From positions 16,611 to 48,610 of the forward strand of contig CANPZY010000009.1 in NCBI GenBank assembly GCA_947588945.1: a stretch of DNA of 32,000 nucleotides, written 5' to 3'. Positions within the stretch are counted from its first letter, which is position 1; every line of letters begins with the position of its first letter. Source of the stretch: an uncultured Clostridia bacterium. GTDB lineage: Bacteria; Bacillota; Clostridia; TANB77; CAG-508. Below the pieces are notes generated by a model, which saw only the letters and a list, made by a program, of their open reading frames with translations, was not told where the DNA came from and did no database searches. The translations under genes were made by a program, and so were the position numbers. Positions 1 to 8,698 of the stretch are shown piece after piece.

Positions 1-515
1 TGCATTGGCACTTTGCTTAAATCTAATCCTAAAAAGTTCATATTAATATTAACATTTTCATCTTCATTAGATTTTTTCTCTATTATTTTTATTTCTGGAT
101 ACGATGATAATTCTCCATTTTCTTTAATTTCATTAGTATAATTATTAATTACAGTACTATCAACTTTTTTCATATAAGTTAAAGGTCTACTAACTAAATA
201 AAATACTGATAAAAATATAAGTAATTGAAGTATTGAACTAAGACATCCTGAAAAAGGACTCATCTTTTCTCTTTTATATAAATCAAGTGTTTCTCTATTT
301 AATTTTTCTGGATCATTTTTATATTTTACTTTTATGCTATTCATTTCTTCTTGAATTTTTGCAGATTTTTTCATTGTTTTTTGTTGTTTTAATGTAATTG
401 GTAATAACACTAATTTTAACAAAATAGAAAATATAATAATTGCCCATCCATAATTTTGCACTAAATTATACAAAAAATTCAGTACATATCCAAATAAATT
501 TGCTAAAAAAGCCAT
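1..515 (-). CDS. yidC: Membrane protein insertase YidC/OxaA (SpoIIIJ-like), N-terminal part; the gene continues past the left window edge
   Basis: Open-ended, so not in the ORF track. My own minus-strand translation from ATG at 515..513 (SD GAAAGGAGAG just upstream) gives MAFLANLFGYVLNFLYNLVQNYGWAIIIFSILLKLVLLPITLKQQKTMKK...DLYKREKMSPFSGCL. The frame stays open to position 1. It sits in the canonical position after rpmH-rnpA-yidD. Confidence 0.8.
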   Translation of the reverse strand, partial: MAFLANLFGYVLNFLYNLVQNYGWAIIIFSILLKLVLLPITLKQQKTMKKSAKIQEEMNSIKVKYKNDPEKLNRETLDLYKREKMSPFSGCLSSILQLLIFLSVFYLVSRPLTYMKKVDSTVINNYTNEIKENGELSSYPEIKIIEKKSNEDENVNINMNFLGLDLSKVPM

Positions 516-528
516 TTATACTCTCCTT

Positions 529-747
529 TCACTTTAATAAGTCTACCCCACCTTTAGAAAATGGATTACATTTAAATAATCTTATTACACCTAAAAAAAT
601 TCCTTTTATACATCCATATTTTTCTATTGCTTGTTTCATATATTCTGAACAACTAGGATAATATTTACAATTTACTCCTAAATTGTGTAGAATTGGAGAT
701 ATTTTTCTTTGGTAAAAGTTTATTATTTTTATAAAGAATCTTTTCAT
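529..747 (-). CDS. yidD: Membrane protein insertion efficiency factor YidD
   Basis: 72 aa. It contains [17 protein letters not shown]...[15 protein letters not shown], the YidD/DUF37 Cys signature. It has a 4-nt ATGA overlap with rnpA and lies between rnpA and yidC. Confidence 0.85.
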   Translation of the reverse strand: MKRFFIKIINFYQRKISPILHNLGVNCKYYPSCSEYMKQAIEKYGCIKGIFLGVIRLFKCNPFSKGGVDLLK

Positions 748-1085
748 TTTAATATTCCTATTTTTGAAAACATTTTTTTTATATCATTATAAATAACATC
801 ATAAGAAAGATTTTCTATATTTTCGTTTTTATTCCATATAAAAACGAAGTCATGTCCTTTTATAGTATCTTTTTCTAGTATTTGATAAACTGCTCTTATT
901 TTTCTTTTTATTTTATTCCTTTTTACTGCTTTGCATAACTTTGAACTAATTGCAATACCTAATCTGTTATAATCATATTTATTTTTTAAATCATATAAAA
1001 TAACTTGTTTTCCTATGTAATACTTTCCTTTATTAAAAACATTTTTAAATTCATAGTTCATTTTTAAAGTTTTTATTTTTTTCAT
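744..1085 (-). CDS. rnpA: Ribonuclease P protein component
   Basis: 113-aa basic protein with the RNR-type motif [13 protein letters not shown]. It lies directly downstream of rpmH. Confidence 0.9.
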   Translation of the reverse strand: MKKIKTLKMNYEFKNVFNKGKYYIGKQVILYDLKNKYDYNRLGIAISSKLCKAVKRNKIKRKIRAVYQILEKDTIKGHDFVFIWNKNENIENLSYDVIYNDIKKMFSKIGILK

Positions 1086-1150
1086 ACCTTAATTCCTTAT
1101 ATAAGGCACAAAATTTTATGAATAATATTATTTATTCAACCTTATACCTT

Positions 1151-1179
1151 AAAAAAGGTCACTTATGTTTGTGACCTTT
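1151..1179 (-). terminator. Intrinsic terminator/attenuator between rpmH and rnpA
   Basis: On the minus strand the stem AAAGGTCAC / GTGACCTTT has an 8-nt loop and runs into a T tract (CCTTTTTT). Confidence 0.5.
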
Positions 1180-1193
1180 ATTTTATGCGCACT

Positions 1194-1328
1194 TTAAGCA
1201 CTTAATTTTTTTCTACCTTTTGCACGTCTTGCTTTTATTACATTTCTTCCTTGTTTAGTAGACATTCTTTTTAAGAATCCATGTTCTTTTTTTGCTTGTC
1301 TTTTTTTTGGTTGATATGTTCTCTTCAT
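1194..1328 (-). CDS. rpmH: 50S ribosomal protein L34
   Basis: Below the ORF-track size cutoff. My own translation is [44 protein letters not shown] (44 aa), the classic L34 sequence. It is divergent from dnaA. Confidence 0.92.
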   Translation of the reverse strand: MKRTYQPKKRQAKKEHGFLKRMSTKQGRNVIKARRAKGRKKLSA

Positions 1329-1517
1329 TATTGTACCTCCACTTTCTATTGCTTATAGATAATTATAATCGCAGTTATTATTATACCTTTTTATAATAAT
1401 TATGTCAATAGTTTTAAGGATTTTAGTTTTAAATTTTAAAAAAATTATTTTATTAAAAATTAATATTTTCTACAATTTACAATATAAAAAAATAATTATT
1501 TTATTTTTTATTTTTTC

Positions 1518-1547
1518 TTGACTATTTGTGTCTAATTTTGATATTAT
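1518..1547 (+). promoter_or_regulatory. Putative dnaA promoter
   Basis: TTGACT (1518..1523), an 18-nt spacer, then TATTAT (1542..1547) preceded by TG (extended -10). Degenerate DnaA boxes follow: ATTTCCACA at 1591..1599 and TGTGGATAT at 1614..1622. Confidence 0.45.
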
Positions 1548-1698
1548 GTAGGAGTAAAAAAAGAAACTAAAGAAGATGTTATTTAAATAAATTTCCACAC
1601 ATTTTGTACATTATGTGGATATTATAAATAACTTTTTTTATTATTTATAAAAAATTATCTAATTTATTTATTAAAATATTAACTAAAGGGGAAAAAAT

Positions 1699-3036
1699 AT
1701 GTCTAATGAGTCAATAAATGACCTTTGGAATAAGGCAAAGGAATTATTAAAAGAAGAAACAACAGTAATTACATATGAAACATGGATTCAGCCATTAGAA
1801 CTAAAAAGTATTAATGACAATGTTATTGTTCTAACTGCAACTAATTCCTTTCAAAGAGATACAGTAGAATCAAGATATATTGATTTATTGACCAATACCT
1901 TTAATTTTATTACAAATAAAAAATGCAAAATTTTTATAAAATTAGATAATGAAGAAGATAATGTTTTATCTCAAATTCCTAAAATAGGGAATAAGAAGAT
2001 GTTTTTAGATTCTGGACTAAATCCAAAATATACATTCAGTTCATTTGTTGTTGGTAGTAACAATAAATTTGCACAAGCAGCAGCAATAGGCGTTACTGAA
2101 ACACCAGGTTCAAAATATAATCCATTTTTTATTTATGGTGGAGTAGGGTTGGGGAAGACCCATTTAATGCATGCTATTGGAAATCAAATTCTTGAAAATA
2201 ATCCAAATGCTCAAATTTTATATGTTACTTCTGAAACATTTATGAACCAATTAATTAATGCATTAAAAGATCAATCTACAGAAAAATTTAGAGAAAAATA
2301 CAGAAATATAGATGTATTATTAATAGATGATATTCAATTTATTGCAAACAAGAAAAGTACCCAAGAAGAATTTTTCCACACATTTAATACTTTATATGAA
2401 GCTGGAAAACAAATTGTTTTATCAAGTGATAAGCCACCAAAAGATATAGAATTATTAGAAGATAGATTAAAGTCAAGATTCGATTGGGGAGTAATAGCTG
2501 ATATATCAAGTCCGGATTATGAAACTCGTTTAGCAATTTTAAGAAAAAAGACGCAACTTGAAAATATTATAATTAACGATGACATTCTTTCAGAGATAGC
2601 AACTAGAGTTGAATCAAATATTAGAGAACTTGAAGGAATACTTAATAAACTTACAACAATTTCAACTTTAACAGGTAGTCCTATAACAATGGAAATGGCT
2701 CAAAAAGCTATAAATGATATTGTTGCTTCACAAGATAAAGTCATTTCGTCTGACTATATTCAAGAAGTTGTTGGAAAATATTTTGATGTTTCACCTCAAG
2801 ATTTAAGAGGATCAAAAAGATCCAATGATGTAACTTTTCCAAGACAAGTTGCAATGTACTTATGCAGAAATGTTGCTCAAATGTCTTTGCCTCAGATAGG
2901 AAATGACTTTGGAAAGAGAGATCATACTACGGTAATGCATGCTTGCAATAAAATAGAAAGTCAAATTAAGACTAATTATAAGAATACAAAACAAATTGTG
3001 GAAAGTGTGAAAAACATACTACTTTCTAAAAACTAA
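1699..3036 (+). CDS. dnaA: Chromosomal replication initiator DnaA
   Basis: 445 aa. Walker A GGVGLGKTHL, Walker B LLIDDIQF, C-terminal DNA-binding helix region RDHTTVMHACNKI. SD AAAGGGG. Confidence 0.97.
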   Translation: MSNESINDLWNKAKELLKEETTVITYETWIQPLELKSINDNVIVLTATNSFQRDTVESRYIDLLTNTFNFITNKKCKIFIKLDNEEDNVLSQIPKIGNKKMFLDSGLNPKYTFSSFVVGSNNKFAQAAAIGVTETPGSKYNPFFIYGGVGLGKTHLMHAIGNQILENNPNAQILYVTSETFMNQLINALKDQSTEKFREKYRNIDVLLIDDIQFIANKKSTQEEFFHTFNTLYEAGKQIVLSSDKPPKDIELLEDRLKSRFDWGVIADISSPDYETRLAILRKKTQLENIIINDDILSEIATRVESNIRELEGILNKLTTISTLTGSPITMEMAQKAINDIVASQDKVISSDYIQEVVGKYFDVSPQDLRGSKRSNDVTFPRQVAMYLCRNVAQMSLPQIGNDFGKRDHTTVMHACNKIESQIKTNYKNTKQIVESVKNILLSKN

Positions 3037-3362
3037 TTACAATATCAAGCAAAAATGCTTATTAATAAAATTTCTGTTTGTAAAATTTTTGTTTGATAAA
3101 AATTTATTAAAATTTACTTACGGAATAAACACATTGATTATCCACATACCCTTGTTGAAAACGTGTAGAAAAAATGTGTAAAAATACCTTATGTGGATAA
3201 ATTATTTAATAGTGTGAATAACTTATTTATTTTTCCACAAATTTATCAACATCGATTTCCGTAGGCATTTAAAGATTTAGATGAGTTTTCCACCAAATCC
3301 ACAGGACCTACTATTACTACTACTATATATATTTATATTATTATATAAGAAAGGACAAAAAA
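3037..3362. promoter_or_regulatory. oriC (dnaA-dnaN intergenic part): DnaA-box cluster, DnaA-trio array and AT-rich unwinding element
   Basis: Perfect boxes: TTATCCACA at 3138..3146 and TGTGGATAA at 3192..3200. Near-boxes: 3213..3221 (TGTGAATAA), 3231..3239 (TTTTCCACA), 3286..3294 (TTTTCCACC), 3295..3303 (AAATCCACA). Then GGAC, six trinucleotide repeats CTA CTA TTA CTA CTA CTA (3308..3325), and a pure A/T run to about 3350. Confidence 0.85.
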
Positions 3363-4484
3363 ATGAAATTTATTTGTGATAAAGAAAAATTACTTAAAGC
3401 TATTAATTCCGTAACAAAAGCTGTAGCTGTTAGAACTACAATGCCAATTTTAGAAGGAATACTTATTCAAACTAATGATAATGATATAAAATTTACATGT
3501 TATGATATGGAGTTAGGAATAGAATATATTATTAATGAATGTAATGTAACAGAACAAGGAGCAACAGTTGTTAATGCAACAATGTTTAGTGAAATTATTA
3601 GAAAATTACCAGATACGGAAATTAAAATTGAAGTAAATGATAATAATTTATTAGTAATAGAGTGTGAAGGTTCTTTATATAAATTAGCAACTATGAATCC
3701 AGAAGAATTTCCAGAACTTCCAGAAATAAATGTTGAAAATTCTGTTGAAATTGAACAAAATACATTAAAAGATATGATAAGAAAAACTATTTTTGCAATT
3801 AGTACAGAAGAAAATAGACCAATTTTTACAGGATGTTTATTTGAAGTAAAAAATAATAAATTAAATGTAGTAGCTGTAGATGGATTTAGATTAGCATGGA
3901 AAAATAAATTTTTACAAACAAAAACAAATGATTTTACAGCAGTAATTCCAGGAAGAACTTTAACAGAAATTAATAAAATATTATTAGATTCATTTGATAG
4001 TGTTAAAATTGGAATTGCTAAAAATCAAGCTTTATTTGAAATAGAAAATTGTAAAATAGTAACTAGATTATTAGATGGAGAATTTTTAAATTATTCTAGT
4101 GTTATTCCAGATAAATGGGAAACGAGAGTAAGAGTAAATAGAAGTGTTTTAGCAAACTGTTTTGAAAGAATTAGTTTAATATCATCATCTAGCATAGAAA
4201 AAGAAAAGAAATATCCAGTAAAAGTTGCAATAGATGTTGGAAAAGTAACTATTTCATGTACAAATCAAACAGGTGATGCAAAAGAAGAGTTATATCTAAA
4301 TACTGAAGGAAAAAATTTAGAAGCAGGATTTAATCCAAAATATTTCTTAGATGTATTTAGAAATATTGATGATGAAGAAGTATTTATAGATTTTGGAACA
4401 AGTATTTCTCCTTGTATAATTAGAAGTGTAGAAGATGAGGGAGATTACAAATATATGATATTACCAATTAAATTAAAAAATTAA
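3363..4484 (+). CDS. dnaN: DNA polymerase III beta sliding clamp
   Basis: 373 aa, the length expected for three clamp domains. N-terminus MKFICDKEKLLKAINSVTKAVAVRTTMPILEGILI is typical of DnaN. Position directly after dnaA/oriC. Confidence 0.95.
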   Translation: MKFICDKEKLLKAINSVTKAVAVRTTMPILEGILIQTNDNDIKFTCYDMELGIEYIINECNVTEQGATVVNATMFSEIIRKLPDTEIKIEVNDNNLLVIECEGSLYKLATMNPEEFPELPEINVENSVEIEQNTLKDMIRKTIFAISTEENRPIFTGCLFEVKNNKLNVVAVDGFRLAWKNKFLQTKTNDFTAVIPGRTLTEINKILLDSFDSVKIGIAKNQALFEIENCKIVTRLLDGEFLNYSSVIPDKWETRVRVNRSVLANCFERISLISSSSIEKEKKYPVKVAIDVGKVTISCTNQTGDAKEELYLNTEGKNLEAGFNPKYFLDVFRNIDDEEVFIDFGTSISPCIIRSVEDEGDYKYMILPIKLKN

Positions 4485-4489
4485 AGTAG

Positions 4490-4521
4490 TTATCCACATT
4501 CTATTATTAGAATGTGGATAT
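4490..4521. promoter_or_regulatory. Palindrome made of two convergent DnaA boxes between dnaN and recF
   Basis: TTATCCACA (4490..4498, perfect) and TGTGGATAT (4513..4521). The perfect 13-bp arms TATCCACATTCTA / TAGAATGTGGATA flank a 4-nt loop. No T tract follows. Confidence 0.6.
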
Positions 4522-4533
4522 TATGGAGAAAAA

Positions 4534-5583
4534 ATGTACTTAAAGAAAATTAAAATTTATAATTTTAGAAATTATGAATCTCAAGAAATAAATTTTGATA
4601 AAGGAATTAATATTTTTTTTGGAGATAATGCTCAAGGAAAAACAAATATTTTAGAGGCCGTTTTTTTGTGTGCATTTGGAAAATCTTTTAGAACAAATAA
4701 AGAAAAAGAAATGATAAAAAAAGATGAAGATTTTGCAAATATTGAGTTAGAATTTGAAAAAAAAGATAGAGACGGCATTATAAAATTTAATATTAGTGAT
4801 AAAAAAAATGTTTTTGTAAATGATGTTAAATTAAATAAACTTAGTGAAATTTTAGGCAATATTAATTTAGTAATTTTTACTCCAGATGATATAAATATTT
4901 TAAAAGATGGACCAGAGGAGAGAAGAAGATTCTTAGACATGATGATAGGACAGTTAAGGCCAAGATATATATACAAGTTAAATATGTATCTAAAAAATTT
5001 AAAACAAAGAAATAATTATTTAAAAGAAAAAATTATAAAAGATGAAATGCTTGAAATATGGGATGAACAGCTTGCAGAGTACGGGGAAGAGGTTTACAAA
5101 TATAGAAAAGAATATATTGAAAAAATAAAAGATAAGATAAAAGAAATTCATTCTCAAATTACTAATGAAGATATAAAAATTAAATTTGTATCTAATTGCA
5201 CAACAAAAGAAGAGTATTTAGAAAAATTGAGAAAGAATAGAGAAATAGATAAAATTAGAGGATTTACAAGTGTTGGAGCACATAGGGATGATTTTAAAGT
5301 CTATATAGATGAAGAAGAAATTAATGTCTTTGGTTCACAAGGACAAAATAGAACAGCAATTTTATCATTGAAATTAGCAGAATTAAAGGTAATTTATGAT
5401 GAAATAGGTGAGTATCCAATTTTATTATTAGATGATTTTATGTCAGAACTAGATGAAAAAAGAATTTCTAAATTTTTGTCAAATATAGAGGATATACAAG
5501 TTTTAATTACCTGTACTAAAAATATTGATATTAAAAATAGTAAGTCATATCAAATTATAAAAGGAAAAGTAGAAGAAATATAA
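4534..5583 (+). CDS. recF: DNA replication/repair protein RecF
   Basis: 349 aa. N-terminus MYLKKIKIYNFRNY, Walker A GDNAQGKTNILEA, Walker B LLLDDFMSELD. Canonical position. Confidence 0.93.
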   Translation: MYLKKIKIYNFRNYESQEINFDKGINIFFGDNAQGKTNILEAVFLCAFGKSFRTNKEKEMIKKDEDFANIELEFEKKDRDGIIKFNISDKKNVFVNDVKLNKLSEILGNINLVIFTPDDINILKDGPEERRRFLDMMIGQLRPRYIYKLNMYLKNLKQRNNYLKEKIIKDEMLEIWDEQLAEYGEEVYKYRKEYIEKIKDKIKEIHSQITNEDIKIKFVSNCTTKEEYLEKLRKNREIDKIRGFTSVGAHRDDFKVYIDEEEINVFGSQGQNRTAILSLKLAELKVIYDEIGEYPILLLDDFMSELDEKRISKFLSNIEDIQVLITCTKNIDIKNSKSYQIIKGKVEEI

Positions 5584-5591
5584 TTTTTTTA

Positions 5592-5719
5592 TTAAATATA
5601 AATACAATATATTTTGTTGCTTGTTGTCGCTAGAAATTTGCTTGCAAATTTCGCTCAATTCGCGTGCTATGCACTTAGTCGCTACGCACAACTGCAAAAT
5701 ATTGTATTTATATATTTAA
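5592..5719. repeat. Imperfect 25-nt inverted repeat enclosing a GC-richer, hairpin-dense 78-nt core (unclassified structured element)
   Basis: Left arm TTAAATATAAATACAATATATTTTG (5592..5616). Right arm CAAAATATTGTATTTATATATTTAA (5695..5719). The core has a perfect hairpin GAAATTTGC-TT-GCAAATTTC, a second hairpin GTGC-TAT-GCAC, and GTCGCTA twice. Confidence 0.6.
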
Positions 5720-5798
5720 AATTAAAAATGAATGAATATTGTATAATTAATTGCACGTTATAGACATACACAAAATTAAAATTTAAATAAATAAACAC

Positions 5799-5827
5799 TT
5801 GACAAATTTCAAAAATAAAAATAAACT
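5799..5827 (+). promoter_or_regulatory. Putative gyrB promoter
   Basis: TTGACA (5799..5804), a 17-nt spacer, then TAAACT (5822..5827). It would give a 5' UTR of about 115 nt. Confidence 0.35.
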
Positions 5828-5950
5828 AATATGGTAGAAAATAAATAATTTTAAGAAATATAAATAAAAATGAATTGATAATAAATTTTAATAATATCCA
5901 TTATTTGGAATGATATATATTACATCAATAACTCAGAAAGGAAAATAAGT

Positions 5951-7867
5951 ATGGAAAAAGTAGATCACGAGTATGGAGCTAATCAAATTCAAGTTTTAGA
6001 AGGACTAGAAGCAGTTAGAAAAAGACCTGGAATGTATATAGGAAGTGTTTCTATAAGAGGTCTACATCATTTAGTATATGAAATTGTTGATAACTGTGTT
6101 GATGAAGCTTTAGCTGGATATTGTGATAAAATAACAATACAAATAGAGCCTGGAAATATTATATGCGTTGAAGATGATGGTAGAGGAATCCCAGTTGATA
6201 TTCACCCAAAAACTCACATTTCAGCTGCTGAAACAGTTTATACTGTTCTTCACGCAGGTGGAAAATTTGGTGGAGATAGTGGATATAAAGTATCTGGTGG
6301 ATTACATGGTGTTGGTGCTTCTGTTGTAAATGCTCTTTCTAATTGGGTTGAAGTAACAATTCAAAGAGATGGTGGAATCTACACTATGAAGTTTGAAAAA
6401 GGAAAAACTGTTCAAAAGCTAGAGAGAATAGGAGATTCAGATAAAACAGGAACAAAAGTTAGATTTTTGGCAGATGATACAATTTTTGAAACATTAGATT
6501 ATGATTATGAAGTCTTAGAGGAGAGATTTAGAGAAATAGCATTTTTAACAAAAGGATTAAGTATAAGTATAGAAGACTTAAGAGAGGAAACACCAAAAAA
6601 AGCAGAATTTTGTTTTGAAGGTGGATTACGTTCTTTTGTAGAATTTTTGAATAAAAATAAAGAAGCAATAAATAAAGATCCGATTTATATAGAAAAAACA
6701 TCAGGAGATGTACCAGTAGAAGTTTCACTTCAATATACAACAGCATATAGTGAAAGCATATATTCATTTGTAAATAATATTAATACAATTGAAGGTGGAA
6801 CACATTTAGAGGGATTTAAAAGAGCTTTAACAAAAGTATTTAATGACTATGCAAGATCACACTCAATTATAAAAGAAAAAGATTCTAATTTACAGGGTGA
6901 AGATATTAGAGAAGGTCTTACAGCAGTTGTATCCGTAAAAGTTAAAGACCCTCAATTTGAAGGACAAACAAAAACAAAATTAGGAAATAGTAATGTAACA
7001 GGAGTTGTACAAGCTGCAGTAGTAGATGTTTTATCAGCATATTTAGAAGAAAATCCAGCTGTTGCTAAAGCTATTTTGGAAAAATGTGTTAGTGCTTCAA
7101 GAGCTAGGGAAGCTGCAAGAAAAGCAAGAGAGCTTGTTAGAAAAAAGAACTCTTTAGAAGTTACAACATTGCCTGGAAAATTAGCAGATTGCAGTAGTAA
7201 AAATGCAGATGAATGTGAGGTATATATAGTCGAGGGAGACTCTGCAGGCGGAAGTGCAAAACAGGGTAGAGATAGAAGAACACAAGCAATTCTTCCTTTA
7301 TGGGGAAAAATGCTTAATGTTGAAAAATCAAGAGCAGACAAAATATATAATAATGATAAATTAAAACCAGTAATTCAAGCTATTGGAGCAGGAATCGGTG
7401 CTGATTTTGATGTAAATAAAATTAGATATGGAAAAGTAGTAATTATGGCTGATGCCGATGTTGATGGTTCACATATTAGAACATTATTATTAACATTCTT
7501 CTTTAGATATATGAGACCCTTAATAGAACAAGGACATGTATTTTTAGCACAACCACCTCTATATAAAGTTTCTAAAAAAGGTATAAAAGATGTTTATTGC
7601 TATACAGATGAAGAATTGGATGAAGAACTTGAAAAGATAGGTAGAGATAATGTTTCTATTCAAAGATATAAAGGTTTAGGAGAAATGAACCCAGAACAAT
7701 TATGGGAAACAACAATGGATCCACAAAATAGAATATTTGTTAAAGTTACTATGGAAGATGCAATAAAAGCAGATGAAATATTTAATATCTTAATGGGTGA
7801 TGATATTGAACCTAGAAGAGAATTTATTGAGAAAAATGCAAAATTTGTAAAGAACTTAGATATATAA
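5951..7867 (+). CDS. gyrB: DNA gyrase subunit B
   Basis: 638 aa. GHKL ATPase motifs ([23 protein letters not shown]), Toprim EGDSAGGS and [20 protein letters not shown]. Confidence 0.97.
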   Translation: MEKVDHEYGANQIQVLEGLEAVRKRPGMYIGSVSIRGLHHLVYEIVDNCVDEALAGYCDKITIQIEPGNIICVEDDGRGIPVDIHPKTHISAAETVYTVLHAGGKFGGDSGYKVSGGLHGVGASVVNALSNWVEVTIQRDGGIYTMKFEKGKTVQKLERIGDSDKTGTKVRFLADDTIFETLDYDYEVLEERFREIAFLTKGLSISIEDLREETPKKAEFCFEGGLRSFVEFLNKNKEAINKDPIYIEKTSGDVPVEVSLQYTTAYSESIYSFVNNINTIEGGTHLEGFKRALTKVFNDYARSHSIIKEKDSNLQGEDIREGLTAVVSVKVKDPQFEGQTKTKLGNSNVTGVVQAAVVDVLSAYLEENPAVAKAILEKCVSASRAREAARKARELVRKKNSLEVTTLPGKLADCSSKNADECEVYIVEGDSAGGSAKQGRDRRTQAILPLWGKMLNVEKSRADKIYNNDKLKPVIQAIGAGIGADFDVNKIRYGKVVIMADADVDGSHIRTLLLTFFFRYMRPLIEQGHVFLAQPPLYKVSKKGIKDVYCYTDEELDEELEKIGRDNVSIQRYKGLGEMNPEQLWETTMDPQNRIFVKVTMEDAIKADEIFNILMGDDIEPRREFIEKNAKFVKNLDI

Positions 7868-8017
7868 CTTATATATTATAAAAAAAAATTAAATGTAATT
7901 TTTGAAAAATAAGAAGAGAAAAAATATTTTAGTTGACAAATAAAAAAAAAAGATGTTATTATAATTTTAGCGAAAGCTAAAATTAAGTCGTATGAATTCA
8001 AAAAAAAAAAATTAAAA

Positions 8018-8048
8018 AGGTAGTTGCATGGGGCAACTACCTTTTTTT
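8018..8048 (+). terminator. Intrinsic terminator (bidirectional-looking) downstream of gyrB
   Basis: Stem AGGTAGTTGC / GCAACTACCT with a 5-nt loop, followed by TTTTTTT and preceded by an A run. Confidence 0.65.
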
Positions 8049-8102
8049 GCTATGTACTAACAAAAAATTGTAAAAAAATACCAATTATTTTTACAAAATG
8101 TA

Positions 8103-8131
8103 TTGACAAAATATGGTAAATAATGTAAAAT
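8103..8131 (+). promoter_or_regulatory. Putative promoter of the VirB4-like block
   Basis: TTGACA (8103..8108), a 17-nt spacer, then TAAAAT (8126..8131). SD GAAAGGAGAA and ATG 8153 follow. Confidence 0.55.
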
Positions 8132-8152
8132 AAAAATTGAGAAAGGAGAAAA

Positions 8153-8686
8153 ATGAAGGTTGAACAAATAAATTCTGTTCAAGAGTGGTTGCCTTTTGCA
8201 GAGATTTTAGATAAAGGAATTATAAAAATGAAAGATTCCTCCTATATAAAAATTCTAAATATAAATCCAATAAACTATATTCTAAAATCTAGTTTAGAAA
8301 AAGAGGCAATTTTAAATTCTTATAAAAATTTATTTAAAAGCTGTGATTTTAATTTTCAGATTATGATTCAAAGTCAAAAAGAGGATTTAAAAAATCATAT
8401 TAATAAATTAAAGGAAAATAATTTATATCCAGAAATAAAAGAAAAATATATTAATTATATAAATTATTTTGTAAAAAATAAAAAGTCCTCTAATAAAAAA
8501 TTTTATCTAATCTTAAAAAGTCCACCATCCGAAGAAAATGAAAGTGTAAAAATACAAAATTTAGAAAGTAATTATTTAAAAATAAAAGATTTATTTGGAA
8601 GATGTGGAAATTTTGTATCTGAATTCACAGAAGAAAAACAAATAATAGATATTTTATATTCATTTTTTAATTCAAAAAAATTTTAA
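8153..8686 (+). CDS. VirB4-family T4SS ATPase, N-terminal (pre-ATPase) domain fragment
   Basis: 177 aa. EWLPFAEILDKGIIKMKDSSYIKILNINPINYILKS..EKEAILNSYKNLFKSCDFNFQIMIQS resembles, from memory, the N-termini of Gram-positive VirB4-like proteins. It ends at TAA 8684..8686 and is in the same frame as ORF 8699..10456. Confidence 0.6.
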   Translation: MKVEQINSVQEWLPFAEILDKGIIKMKDSSYIKILNINPINYILKSSLEKEAILNSYKNLFKSCDFNFQIMIQSQKEDLKNHINKLKENNLYPEIKEKYINYINYFVKNKKSSNKKFYLILKSPPSEENESVKIQNLESNYLKIKDLFGRCGNFVSEFTEEKQIIDILYSFFNSKKF

Positions 8687-8698
8687 AAAACAAAAGAG

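Noticed and set aside
440-661. 73-aa plus-strand ORF
   Set aside because: It lies antisense across the yidC start and the yidD 3' end. It has no SD and a low-complexity translation, so it is an AT-rich shadow ORF.
4632-7341. Minus-strand ORFs 4632..4976, 6528..6767 and 6952..7341
   Set aside because: They are entirely antisense within recF and gyrB, which have unambiguous motifs. Their translations are Leu/Phe/Ser-rich shadow frames.
8684-8686. The in-frame TAA in VirB4 might reflect an alternative genetic code or programmed readthrough
   Set aside because: Where I checked stop codons here (rpmH, the NRPS), they are TAA. Every long housekeeping ORF in the window closes cleanly under the standard code. 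TAA followed by A is a strong termination context. A mutation, a sequencing error or a true split is more parsimonious.
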